A stretch of DNA of 64,000 bases from the NCBI GenBank assembly GCA_008632985.1, contig QPGO01000032.1:245330-309329 (forward strand). Reading direction: 5' to 3'. The notes under the pieces are model-generated. The model was not told where the DNA came from. It ran no database searches and saw nothing but the letters and a program-made list of their open reading frames with translations. Below are positions 50,998 through 63,199 of the stretch, piece by piece; position 1 is the first letter of the stretch; each line of letters starts with the position of its first letter. A program made the position numbers and the translations under genes. This stretch comes from Psammoneis japonica. Lineage: Eukaryota.

Positions 50998-53900
50998 TGT
51001 TAGAACAAGTTGGAAGATGGGAAATTTAAGAAACCCAGATGTGTTGAAGGAAAGACACTGTTGAACCTGTCGTGGAAGATGCAGCAACCCCTTTTGTGCA
51101 GAAGAAGGAACATGCCATCATTGATCTCTTGTTCCATCCATTTTGTTTGTCTCACTCTTTGGAGTGATTCATTTGGTTCATCAAGAATGCATGATTGCAT
51201 CACGTTGGCATCACTGGGTGCCTGTCACACCATGAGTTTGAAGTTTGCATGGACAACTTTGCAGGCAACCCACAGCCACACAAGCAGCCAAGGCAAACAC
51301 AACAAGAGCACAGGAAGCCTTGTGAGATTCCTGTTTGGTGCCTTTGACTTGCTGGTTTGACATTCAATTCAAAGAGTCAAGAGCACAACTGTGTTGGTGC
51401 TTGTCGACACTTTGCTGCCTGCAGTTCACAGATTGCTGAGTGCCTGCAATGTGAGTGGCAGAGGACATGGCAGAGGTGACAGTCAAGACACCAAGGATGT
51501 GGTCGTGAAATGGGTGACAAGAGTCACAGGTCCTCACAAGTGAAGAAGAAGACCACTGCCAAGAAATGCTTTCAGCTTGAGATGAAGTTTCATCCTTCAT
51601 CACTGAACAGCAAGTCTTGGAATGCAACCTTTGAAGATGTCAAGGAAAAGATTGTGAGGTGCATGCAAAAGGAGCACACTCAAGGCACACATCCAGCAAG
51701 GTCCATTGAAGACATGGCTCACAAGGACTTGAGCACCAAAAGGCCAACATTGGGAATGGCATCAATGGTGGCACCAGCAGGGGACAAGTCAGACTGCCAA
51801 GAAAAGTTGCTCTAAAGACTGCAAGAGGAAAAGGAGCTGGAGTTCCAGCACAAAGCAAAGCTTTGCAAGTGCAACAACAAAGTGAGGCAGTTTGAAGAGA
51901 ACAAGACTGCAGCACTTTCCAAGATGTCAGCCAGATGACTGCTGCACCAAGCAAATGAAGCAGGGAGTGTGCAAGCCAATCCCACTTGTTTGACAATCAG
52001 GGATGATCCAGTTGAGCTGTTCAAGCTGATCCAATCACTTGCCTTTGACTCTGAGGGAGGTCAACACCCATTTCACATGCTTGCCAGATCAAGTCAGAAC
52101 CTGCCAGATGTGAAACAACAAGAACATGAGTCACTGAATGACTGCTTGTCAAGGACAAAGTCACATGCAGAAATGAGATGAAGACATCTCACTGGTGGAC
52201 AGCAACAGCTCCAGTGCAGGTGCCACCAGATCTGATTGATCTGCCCACTCAAGCTGAAACAGAGGAGCTGCGTGGCACAAACTGAAGCTGGCAACCAGAG
52301 ACAAGCATGGACTGAGACAACAAAGATGTGGAAATGGATGAGATCATCTTTGACAATGGTTTGACCCTCAGCATGGCAGCCAGCCTGAGACAAGTGCCCA
52401 ATGTGTGATCAGCAAAGGTCAAGAAAGACCTGTCCACAAGTGCAGAAGTGGACACTTTAGATGGCCCTGCGCCCAGTGTTTTTACTCCGTTCTACTCAGC
52501 CATCACTGCAGCTGCTGCTGTGCCTCCTTCTGCTGTCCCCTTCCATTCTTTGTGGGCTCTTCACAGCTGTGTGCTTAAAAAACTGTGCCATGCCCAGATG
52601 GGAGCCATGAAGCTTGGATCACAGAATGTGATGGCAAACACTCCAAGCATGAAGGACGTGAAGAGCAAATGCCACATTGCATGTGACAACCAAGTGGTGG
52701 ACAAGTTCCAGCTGCTGGACAAGAAGACTGCCAAGAAAGCAGTGGTGTTCAAAGACAATGACATTGGACCACACACCTTTGCACCAAGCCAGGAGTTCTT
52801 TGACTGCACAAAAGATCTCCAAGACAGCAAGTCACATGTGAGCATGCTGTCAAAAACAAAGAAGAAGCTCAGAAAGAAGAGCAACAAGAAGCACAGGAGT
52901 GCATCTGGAACTGTCACTCCAATGCTGGAGCAGAGCTCTGCTTGGGCCGGCCATGTTGTGAAGTTGGAATCCCTGACATGGACAGAATGGTGTGCATTTG
53001 GGGACCACCCATTGACGCACCAAAAAGAAAAGCCAAATGTGCCCATCAAGCCCATGAGAGGAACAACGTTGTTGCAACCCCACCTGAGATGTGCAAGAAA
53101 CAGAGAGCAGGTGTGATCCTCTGCATTGACATTGTGGAAATGTGCAGAGTGAAGATCCTGCATGCAATTGACAAGATGACAAAAAGCGCCAATTGAGTGT
53201 GAGACTGCAATCCAAGAAACATGCTGATGTGCTGCACCAACGCAACATGGATTTGTTCAAGATGGACTTCATTGAGTGCAATCCTGAGTTCAAGGACATT
53301 CTGAAAAAAGTTGCCAATGACACAAATCTCAAGCTGCTGTCTGCAAATGCCAGCAACCACATTCCTGAAGTTGGGCAAAGTTGTTGAGACCTGCAAGGAG
53401 CAAAACTCAAGCCACAGTGCACCGTGCACCACATGCTGTGCAAGGCAACACCCAAGCTGACATGCAAGCACACCATGATCAAGAATGCTGTGATGGCAAA
53501 CATGTGCCCACAAAAGGAGGGAATCATTGACATGTGCAGCACAGTCCACACACTGTTGAGCAAAGAAGAAACCTTGATTGTGACAAGCACTTCATGCATG
53601 GATTTGGCACATTTGTCCTGTCCCACGTTGAAAATGACCTGACAAATGTGATGGACATGTGTGGTGTTGACAGCACTTGCCTGCTGCAACCACGTGTCTT
53701 GACATTTCCAGCAAGGGCAGCCAACACACAATGAACCTGCAAACGGGGAAACTGCTGAGCCTCCACAAGTGCACTGCTGCATCCCTGGCCACACACGCAT
53801 GCAAAGGTGGTCAAGAAGATGGCCTCAGCACAAACACCATCAAAAACTTTAAATTTGCGGGAAAATGTGGAGACAACCTGCACGGCACTGATTGGACTGC

Positions 53901-56850
53901 AGGATTGGACAGCAAAGAAAACAAAAATGAAAACAAAGAAAAACAATGGCAGCAGCAAAGACAAAAGCAACAGCAAAGATGAAAGTGAGCCAAATCAGAA
54001 GACAAAGACAATGAAGAAGAAGAGCTTGACCCAGAAGATGAACATGATGAAGTGCCAGAAGACAAAAGGTCCAGTTGCAGTCAACAACATGAGGACCATG
54101 ACAATGAAAAACAAAATGACTGTGAAGAGTCAAATGAAGAGTCAGAAGAAGATCCAGAAATGGACAAATCATCCACTGAAGAAAAGAGTGGAGAACAACA
54201 ACTGGTGGACAAGGCAGATGGACTGCCATGACATGAAGTCATGAGAACACCAAAAAAAGAAGAAAGTTTGGCTTGTGGGAGAGACAGATGCAGACAGAAA
54301 AGGAGTGCTGAAAGCTTGAGTGCTGCCATCATTTGAGAACTGGCATGAGCCCCAATCCAGGACGGAGCAGCATTGAATGTGACACAGATGCAGGAATGGC
54401 ACCAGCACAATTCATGTGTGAGATCAATGGCTGGCTCTGGTCAGGAAAGGGTGGTCCTTTGCCCAACAGTTCCCACTGCACAAAGGCCTGAAAGTGTTTG
54501 GCCAGAGAGGACACAAAGCCACAGAGAAAGAAAGAAATGAGACAGCTGCATGACAGAGTGTGCTTTGCACCAATTTCAGTTGAAGACATCTCTCTGACTG
54601 AGAGGAAAAAGGCCATGATTCCCTTGATGTTCCCAGCAGAGAAGCAAGATGGTCACACACCAAAAGGGCGGGTGGTCTGTGTGATGGAAAACTGACCAGA
54701 GAATGCCTGGACAAGGATGACTCAGCTGGCCTGACTGCATCATTTTGGAAGGAACATTGACAACAGCTGTTGTCAATGCAGTGGAAGACCGTGATGTGAT
54801 GAGCATCAATGTGCCAAATGCGTTCATGCAGACATGGATCCTGGAGCCAAAAAAGGGCAAAAACCAGATTGTGATGAAGATCACAGGAGTGTTGGACAAC
54901 ATGCCAGTGAGCATTGATCCCAACCCATGTGTGCCATGCACAGTTGTGGAAAAGAGAAAGAGAGTCTTTTGCACCCAAGTCATTGCCAAAGCAACACATG
55001 GAATGTTGACCACAGCTTTGCTGTGGCACAAGCAATTCTGCAAAGACCCAGAGAAGATTGGGTTTAATTTCAACCCATGTGATCCAATCATTGCCAGCAG
55101 CTGCTTGCCACAGTGAAGACGTTCCACATGTGGGTGGCCAAAGGACTGTTTTGTCCAAGAAAGGCTGCATGGATGTGCACCTGACCATTGCAGCACTGTG
55201 CATGATGCAGGTCAGAGAACCAACCAACAAGGGCTGGGAGAAGTCAGTCCATTGTCTCAAGGGTTTGTTGAGCCGGGCATGAAATGAAGTCTCCACGTCA
55301 AGTGCAAAGGACCTCCAAACAGCTGAGTGGCACACAGATGCATCATTTGCAGTGCACCCAGATTTCAAGAGCCACACCTGACAGAGGAATTGTGGCTGTG
55401 GGCAATGGAGCAGGTCAGGCCATGTTGAAGCAGCAGAAGCTCAGCACCCAAAGCAGCACAGAAGCTGAACCAGTGGGAGTTGATGACACCATGACTGTGA
55501 CACAGTGCCTGGATGAAGTTGTTCATGGAGCACCAAGAGGCCATCCAATTGATGAGAACATCCTTTGTCAGGACAACAAGAGCACCATGCTGCTGGAAAC
55601 TGATGGGTGCAAGAGTGCAGGAAAAAGATCAAGGACACTCAACATTCAACATTTTTGTGGTTGTCAATCAGATCAAGAGAGGCACCAATCTTTGAGTGCA
55701 GCACTGTCCTGCTGATGAAGTGCTTGGAGACTTTAGAACTGAGCCATTGCAGGGCAAGAAGTTTTGAAAATTCAAACAAGCCATTGTGGGCTGTTGGCAT
55801 CAAGCATGACAGGAGCATTTCCTGTTTGTGATGTCAGATGAGAATTCTGATGCATGTGGGTGAAAGATCCCTGCAACCCAGAAGGTGTGGTGAACTGCAT
55901 GGTTCAACCAATCACAGAGTTGCTTGTTTTGCCACAACCATGATTTTGATGACCATTTGCACCAATTGTGAGCTTGAAGAACCAGGGTGTGTGCTGATGA
56001 GCAGCGTGAAGCACATGACGCATTCATGCAGTCAACAGTGGCCACAACATTGTTGGAATGAGTTTGTGAAGTTGGGTGAACCATCAGAGAGAGAGGGAGA
56101 GAAAGCAACTGATTTCAATGTCAAGACTTCCAGAAGGCAGACTGGAAGAACACAACAAATGGACACAACATTTTTGGCCGAGACTGGTGACAGATCCCCA
56201 CATCTGTTGAGAGGCAGCAATCAGCACACATTTGTTGTCAGTCGTGTTCATGCAACACTGCAAGAAGGAGGTCTGGAACTCTTTCCAAGGACTGCAAGAA
56301 GAACGCAGGGATGAATTTGAACAACAAAGGTGGCACAAGCTGTGGACAGTGAGGCACAAGACAATGGGACATGTGTGCAGGGAGAAACATGGATGGACCA
56401 ACCAAGTGCATCAGCACACATCTGTCTGCCACTGCACTGATGATGATCTCCTTGTTTGACAATGGAGAGGAGATGACAGCCATGGTTGAGGACCATGTGA
56501 GAGCAGCGCACAAGACCAAGGCACATTGACAGCTTGTTGGAAATCAAATCTGGGTCCAATGACTCAAATGTTGCAAGCCAAGATTCTGGTGTGAGGCCAA
56601 CCTAAGAGCACACCACAGCAATGATTGTGGGATTTCTTGGCAACAGGTCATGTCCACCACATGGGCAGAATGTCGACACCAGTCTGCCCCACATGTGGCA
56701 TGATTGCCATGGGACATGTGAACCTCTCATGGGATGCACCACCAACTGGCCCACAGAAATGAAGATGTGACAATTTGGGTTGGTGCAAGACAACAATTCA
56801 GCTGTCTATGATGCTTTGAAGTTGGCACAATTCTTCACAAACACAAAATT
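50998..56850 (+). mobile_element. Second Ty1/copia element related to element 1, more decayed and 3'-truncated
   Basis: 5' LTR 50998-51362 (TGTTAGAACAAGTT...TTTGACA; shares CCACAGCC.CACAAGCAGCCA with the element 1 LTR). gag, IWGPP, integrase, RT (NVPNAFMQT, NPCDP, with an internal deletion at ~55110), RNase H (QSSTEAEPVGVDD, QDNKS) and a 3' extra-ORF remnant. No 3' LTR seen. Confidence 0.88.
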
Positions 56851-57635
56851 GTTGAAACAAGGGGCCTGAGAAAGAATGGGGGCTTGCCACAATCTGCATT
56901 TCTTTGAGCTGGGCTGCACAGAGTTGCCAATGATTGGGTGATGGACCCAATCAGGGCCATGGGTCTGCACAGCAACACTATGTAAAAGAAGACTTGGCAT
57001 GCGTGCATGCAACATTGTAAGTGTCATTGAAAGTGCTGTTGTGTGCCTCATCACATGGCACACCGGCAATGGCCGGGGCACATTGGTTGATTGATTGATC
57101 ACTCTTGTCAATTTTTTGTCACGTTTGTTTTCCCTGTTACATGCCACTTGTCACAAGAGAGAGAGAGAGAGAGAATTTCACAACATTTGTCATTTTGATT
57201 GTCGTGGTGGTGTTTTCTTTGGTGCAACAGCGTTTTGAGCGCCTCGAAATTTTGTGAGGGCGTTTGGCGATGTGGTCGAAAATTTCAAAATTGTGCTGGT
57301 ACATCTGCGACGTACATTTCTACACGGACTCAAGTTTAATTTATATTCAGTCTTTAAGATGGACAATTTAATTAACCTATTAAACATCATATAATATACA
57401 AAATTCAACGGCCGTTGAGCCGTTGAGTACAACCGCTACGTGGCATGTACGACGATGGAAATTTCCGTGTGCACTCAGTGCGCCGTTGCGTAGAAATCAT
57501 ACCAACGCCTACGCAGCATCGTGGGTGAGTCGCAAAAATCGCATTCGCATCTCTCTCCACAACAAGACAACACGATCGTGTTGCAAAAACGCGACAGTGC
57601 ATGTCGAGTCGTCCATTGCAATCACAAAAACTACA

Positions 57636-58921
57636 ATGCACAACGGCGGCTCTCCCATTCGTCCACGATCACCACCCTCCAAATCGGCTTCTCCTTTGAA
57701 CGGCCATTACAACGGTAACACAATGCCTCCTTTGCCTTACTCGAAATCCAATGATAAAGTGTTGCATTCGACACGTACCAAGCTGTGGTGGTACACGATC
57801 ACGTCCTTGTTGGTACTGGCCGTCGTGGTGTTTACCTGTAACAAGTCTGTCGCCGATGAAGCACCGAGAATGAGACCCAACGAGGGAGTGGCACTTCCTG
57901 CGAAACCGAAACAACCCAAGCTGCGTCCGATTAAACAAATTTCCATTTTGGGAGAACGAAACTCGGGAACGCGATGGACGTATGCGTGAGTATTTTTTTG
58001 ATGTTTGATTGTGGTAGCTGTGGTGATTGTTATGCTTCTGAAGGTTCTAAATGTTTTCTCAATCTGAACTTGCTCACACTCTTATGTTTACAGGCACTTG
58101 TCTGGGTGCTTTAACCACACGCTGATTGTAAGTTATTGCAGTTTTAGTTCATATCTTACTCGTAAGTGTCAATACGCTCACGTTATTTATTCTTTCCATT
58201 TATAGGTTAAACGCAGTTTAACTCGTTACAAGCACTGGTTTCAGAATGGCAACACGTCTCGTTACGAAAAGGACACACTGGTGGTGGCTCAATTCCGCAA
58301 TCCCTACGATTGGATCGAGCCATGCGCAAGGTCCCTCACCACGCTCCGGCTCACATTGACTTGGAATGGAAGGACTTTGTCACCAAGGTTTGGACGACGG
58401 AACGATTTGGTGAAGATTTGAATGTGACGGACAAGGTCAATCCGATTTGTCAAGAAAAATTTAGATACAATGATATTATTTCCTGTGTCAAGAATCCGGT
58501 TCCAAAGACGGAATACAAGAATAAATTGCGGTTTTCTCAGAATCAACCCTTTTATGAAATGAAAAATGATGGATCGGGTGAACCCTATGACAATATTATG
58601 GATATGCGTGCCGACAAGATTCGCAACTTTGTCTACGACGTCAAGGAGTACGAGGGTGTCCGGGATGTGTGGTTGACGCAGTACGAATACCTGTTGGCGC
58701 GCGGTACCAAGGGAATGCTGGACAAGATTCAGGCCTTGACGGGCGTCAAGTACAATTGTGATCCCTTTCCGGTGCAGAACCGGAGGCGTCGTGTGTTGGC
58801 TGCCGATTTTGTCAATTATCTTTCCGAGAATTTGGATTGGGAAGCGGAGGGGTTGATTGGATATGCTCCCGATGCTCATCGAGATGAAAAGGAAGATGTG
58901 CCTATTGTCGAGGAAGAATAA
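57636..58921 (+). CDS. Sulfotransferase-like protein, paralog of 43379-44635 (introns in ~57986-58206)
   Basis: TM segment, GERNSGTRW, YKHWFQ, QFRNPYDW..AMRKVPHHAP; one 1-nt frameshift at ~58319. Confidence 0.82.
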
Positions 58922-59092
58922 GGAATCATGAGTGTGGATGATGTTGTATAAACCAACAAGTGTGACACGATGTTGCGTGTTTGTAAAATGATGCAGTAGG
59001 GTAGTCTAAAATATTGAATGTTAGTGAGAACCTACTGCTTGCACTACTACTGGGTCTCTAGGATACTGTGGACGCCATTTACGTTTTTCCCA

Positions 59093-59763
59093 TTAACAAC
59101 AGGTCCGAGTTTTCAATTCAGTACCCTCGTGTTGTATTTTTGCATGAATGCCACCCCATAATACAAGTCCGGCGAAGGCTCGTTTTCTGTAAAGGATTTG
59201 TGCAGACTTCCAACCTCATTCAATAGATAGTTTCCAGGGGTAACACTTTTACACTTTTTCCATTGAGCGGATTCTTCAAGGACGCATAATGCAAACTCAC
59301 TCCATCCTTGCTGTCGTGTCGTTCAAATTTGGCCCACATAGAGCATGGCACCTGGATTGCGTGGCCATGGTCCCCGAAACGGTATTTGCAAGGGTTTTTC
59401 TCCTTTACCCACTAGTCTCACTTCTCCCAAGGCACCACGAAGCGTACATTCCATTTCCATGGTGGGATGAGCATGCAAACCGAAAATTTGATTGGGTTTC
59501 AACAAGAGAACAGTCAGTTTCAAGGGCAAGGACGACGACTCATCATTCGACGACAAGCCCGTTTCCAAAAAGACCTTGACATCGTTCCGAGCCGAAATTG
59601 CCAATTCGGGTTGTGCATTGAAATTGTAATGTCTCAAGTTGTGTCTCCAGTCGGATGCAAATTGTTCTATGGCGTTTTCAACATCTGCTTCATCCTTGCA
59701 TGCATATCGAGGAGGCAACAAATAGCCAAAACAGATGGCGGTTGCAAGTTTGCGGCATCCCAT
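59093..59763 (-). CDS. Cupin-fold protein (frameshifted in this assembly)
   Basis: LKPNQIFGLHAHPTMEMECTLRGAL (cupin motif 1) and, in another frame, NYLLNEVGSLHKSFT (motif 2). Confidence 0.65.
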
Positions 59764-60230
59764 TTAGTCCCGGCAGTTTTCTATGAAAAAAATAATGAGT
59801 TTTTGCAACAGCGATACAAAAGACAATTTTGTAAAAAAGACATTACCAAGAGCGAGGCAAAGGCCTCGGTGGGAGGCCAATCCGACGGAAGTGGGCCGGA
59901 CGATGGAGCTTCAATTGCTTCTTCTAGGAACCCATCCCAATCATTGCTTTTCGAATCCTTTCCACACATAAAGCATTGTTACAAAGAAAACGAGGAGGGA
60001 ATTCTTTGCGAGACCGATTTCAACACCAGCTCTTATTTTACTTTGGTTTGCTGCCGTTGTGATTGTGGGTATCGATCGTCGGCGAACAAATGAGAAAGAT
60101 CGCGAATCATCAATCGCGCGAACCGAGGTCGGAGGGAAGTCTTCAAAATCAAAAACCTCCAGACACACCGACAACGTGATCTTTACCCGTATTTCATTTT
60201 CTGGCATCGATCTCAAAAGCACCATGAGAC

Positions 60231-60908
60231 ATGTTGCGTTCGCCAATCCTGATTCTCTTTTTGGGTTATTGCGTTTCTTGTCTTGCTCTGTCACCAAGCG
60301 CCTTTCTCAGGAGTCATTCTTGTTTGATGGACAATCCTTTTTGTGTGCTTCACGACGGATCCAAGATCTCACCTTCGTGCCTCCATGACGTTCACGTTGA
60401 GGAGGATGCCTCGTGCAACTACTACATTCTTGGGGAGTCTCCAAAGACTAACAAACTCACTGCATTGCCCTTTCTGAGTTCAGTAGCAAGTTGTCTAGCT
60501 CCAGACTCGATCGACATTAGTTTTATTCTAAAAGTCAAGAACGCAGCAACCGACATAGACGAAGCAAAGAAACTCCAGGATGTTGCGGATCCATCATCAG
60601 ACGTTGGAACGTGTCTTTTATGGAGTGACGATTTTGTCAACATTTGGGAGTTTCGATTAGAACCATCCGAATCGTGTCCCTATCATATTCACAAGCTACC
60701 GTACATGTTTATCAATCTAAAAGCAAGTTTGACACAGGCACTATCCGACGATGGTCAACCAGACCAAAAAACCGCACCGCGAATGCAACGGGAAAACCAA
60801 ATTACGTTTGTGCAGGCCCATGAGCTGAGTGGACATGGGGTACGAAATGTTGGCACGGATACCTTTCAGCAATTCATTGTCGAATTCAAAGCCTGCGAAA
60901 ACGATTGA
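60231..60908 (+). CDS. Signal-peptide cupin-domain protein
   Basis: DVGTCLLWSDDFVNIWEFRLEPSESCPYHIHKLPY...HGVRNVG...FIVEFK. Confidence 0.78.
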   Translation: MLRSPILILFLGYCVSCLALSPSAFLRSHSCLMDNPFCVLHDGSKISPSCLHDVHVEEDASCNYYILGESPKTNKLTALPFLSSVASCLAPDSIDISFILKVKNAATDIDEAKKLQDVADPSSDVGTCLLWSDDFVNIWEFRLEPSESCPYHIHKLPYMFINLKASLTQALSDDGQPDQKTAPRMQRENQITFVQAHELSGHGVRNVGTDTFQQFIVEFKACEND

Positions 60909-61002
60909 TGGCGACATTCGAATGTCGAACTACACTTTAGCGTGTAGTTCGGTTCAATCGCTTTGTACTGCAAGAAGTAGATGTTTCATCTGAGCTAACT
61001 GG

Positions 61003-61133
61003 AGTAATCGTCGAGTTGATTGATAAACCGCATTATAACTTATAGACATTGCTTGCAAGGACTAGATTATTGCTTACACTAGTAATCGTCGAGTTGATTG
61101 ATTTTAACTGCAATTATAATTTATAGACATTGC
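61003..61133. repeat. Short direct duplication (~50 bp unit, 78 bp period) between convergent genes
   Basis: AGTAATCGTCGAGTTGATTGAT...TTATAGACATTGCT occurs twice. Confidence 0.8.
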
Positions 61134-61181
61134 TAACGGAGTCTTGGTAAGTGACTCTTTAAACCCCATAGAGTGTGATTC

Positions 61182-62531
61182 CTAACCCATAAGGAAATGG
61201 TCGTTTTCAAAGAAGAAGCTTAATGTCGGCTCATCTGGTAGCATCTTGGGTGGTGTAGGAGCCTTTGCTCTCCATGCAAAGCCGATTGAATTCAGCAGCA
61301 TTCTGCGCTCTACAGAAAGACTTTCTTGTCTCTTTCTCTGCTCACGGACCCACCCTCCGAGGCGGGGGTCTTGCTTGTATCGCTGCGGAACCAAGCAATC
61401 ACCCTTTTCTTGCTTGTATGCAACAAGGCGTTCAAACATGACGTTCCAAGGCTCTCTTCGGACAACCATCCAGACGAATCCAATCGAGTCCAACAATTCC
61501 TTTCGTTCTGGGAGAAGTGTATCCTTGTGACGACGCTGGGTGTTTACCCACCGTCCTAATTTGGGATCATCCGGATACTTGTGTGGAACGAGGCAATCAC
61601 CGTTCTTGAGCTTGTACTTTACGAGGCGCTCAAACATAACGTCCCATTTGTCCTGCTGAATAGGATTCCACTGAAAGCCGAGTTCCTCCAGACGGGCTTT
61701 CCTTTCGGCGGAGAGCTTTTCCTTATTGCGATGTTGCATGTGAACCCAATCCGAAAGCTCAGGATCCTCTTCGTATTCACGTGGAACATTGCAATGTCCA
61801 TGAACCATTTTGTATCTGTGATAAATCAAAGCGAGAGACGAGACTGTGTAAGATCATGTTTCGTATCGTACAAGGTTGGTACATTATTGTAATCCATGAT
61901 AATCACTTACTCGATGAGCAAAGCATACATAGCATCCCAAAGGTTTCTCTGGGGAAACCAAACGAACCCAATTTCGTCTAGGCGTTCGAAACGCTCACGA
62001 GACAAGCTTCCCTTCTTTCTCTGGGCTGTTGTTGGAGGCAAGATATAATGTGTTAGAACAATTGATTCGAAGGTTGCACGTTCTATTTCGCAACCGGCTA
62101 ATGTTTCACTCACCTCTTTGCTTGTACACCCACGTTACTAGCTTTGGATCTTCCTCGTAATGGAAAGGAACCAAGCAGTCGCCATGCATCGACTTGTATA
62201 GCAATAGCCTGGAGAACATTGTTTCCCAGGTTTCTCGGGTGGTTACACACCACACAAATCCAATTGACTCGAGACGCGTAATGCGCTCTTCCGACAAGGA
62301 ACTTCTGTGTGCTCTTTGCTTGGAGACCCAATTTCCCAATTTGGGATCAGTCTTGTACTTGCGAGGGACCAAGCAATCGCCATTGCGCTTCCTGTAATCC
62401 ACAAGGCGATCGAACATTGTGTCCCATGCCTTGTCGGCATGTGAATTATCTTCTTCTTCCTTCTCAATCTCATAATCAATAGTCTTAATTTTCTTGTAGA
62501 CAGGTTCGAACATTTCGAGATCGTTCATCAT
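61182..62531 (-). CDS. Helicase-associated (HA) domain repeat protein, five repeats, 3 exons
   Basis: Five copies of W..MF.RL..YK...GDCLVP..Y..DP.LG.WV..QR...LS.ER...L..IGF.W. Confidence 0.92.
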
Positions 62532-63199
62532 GGTAGCAAAACGCTTTAAGCTCAAAGCAGGAGGAGATAAAGAACAAATTGATGTGATAGAGATATTGAA
62601 ATAGTGGGAGTCGCCGATGTAAATGTACCTCAGTTGGACTTGTGAGAGGAATAAAAGGACAACGCTCAAAATGCTGATACTTTTTGTGGGTCGACCTTCG
62701 CTTCGTTTGCAATACCGGGAACGGGGTCAATGACTCATGCTTCTGAACCCGATTTTGTCCATCGTAACTGCTGGTACCGACTTGCGTAGGAATCACGCCC
62801 AATAGTGTTTCATGTTCGAGAACAGTACGTGCCTTTGGAAATGCCATGGACTTTATTCAGAAAAAGTGTGACCTTAAATAAACTAAAACTAGGGATAAAT
62901 AGAGTACTTAATATCGTATCAAAATGAAAATGACTTGGTCTTTTCGATTCCTGTCCGGGCATTAGCTCTTTTATGAACAATACATAATAATTGTTTTGAC
63001 AATTGCCTCAAAATTTCAAATTTTTATCAATCAAATATTATGTTAAGCGAATATGTCCAACACTATGGAAGGCATATCTGCGTCCTGTTTCTGCTTTCCT
63101 CTTCAAACGCATATTTGTCCCAAAGCAGTAAGCTCTTAATGAGGGATGCTGGCTGATAAAAAAATCGACAATAATGAATTGGAAGGGACAGAACATTCA

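Noticed and set aside
57156..57173. (AG)n microsatellite
   Set aside because: Ordinary short simple repeat.
57405..57430. Helitron 3' end suggested by the palindrome TCAACGGCCGTTGA
   Set aside because: No CTRR terminus at the expected spacing and no Rep/helicase remnant recognised.
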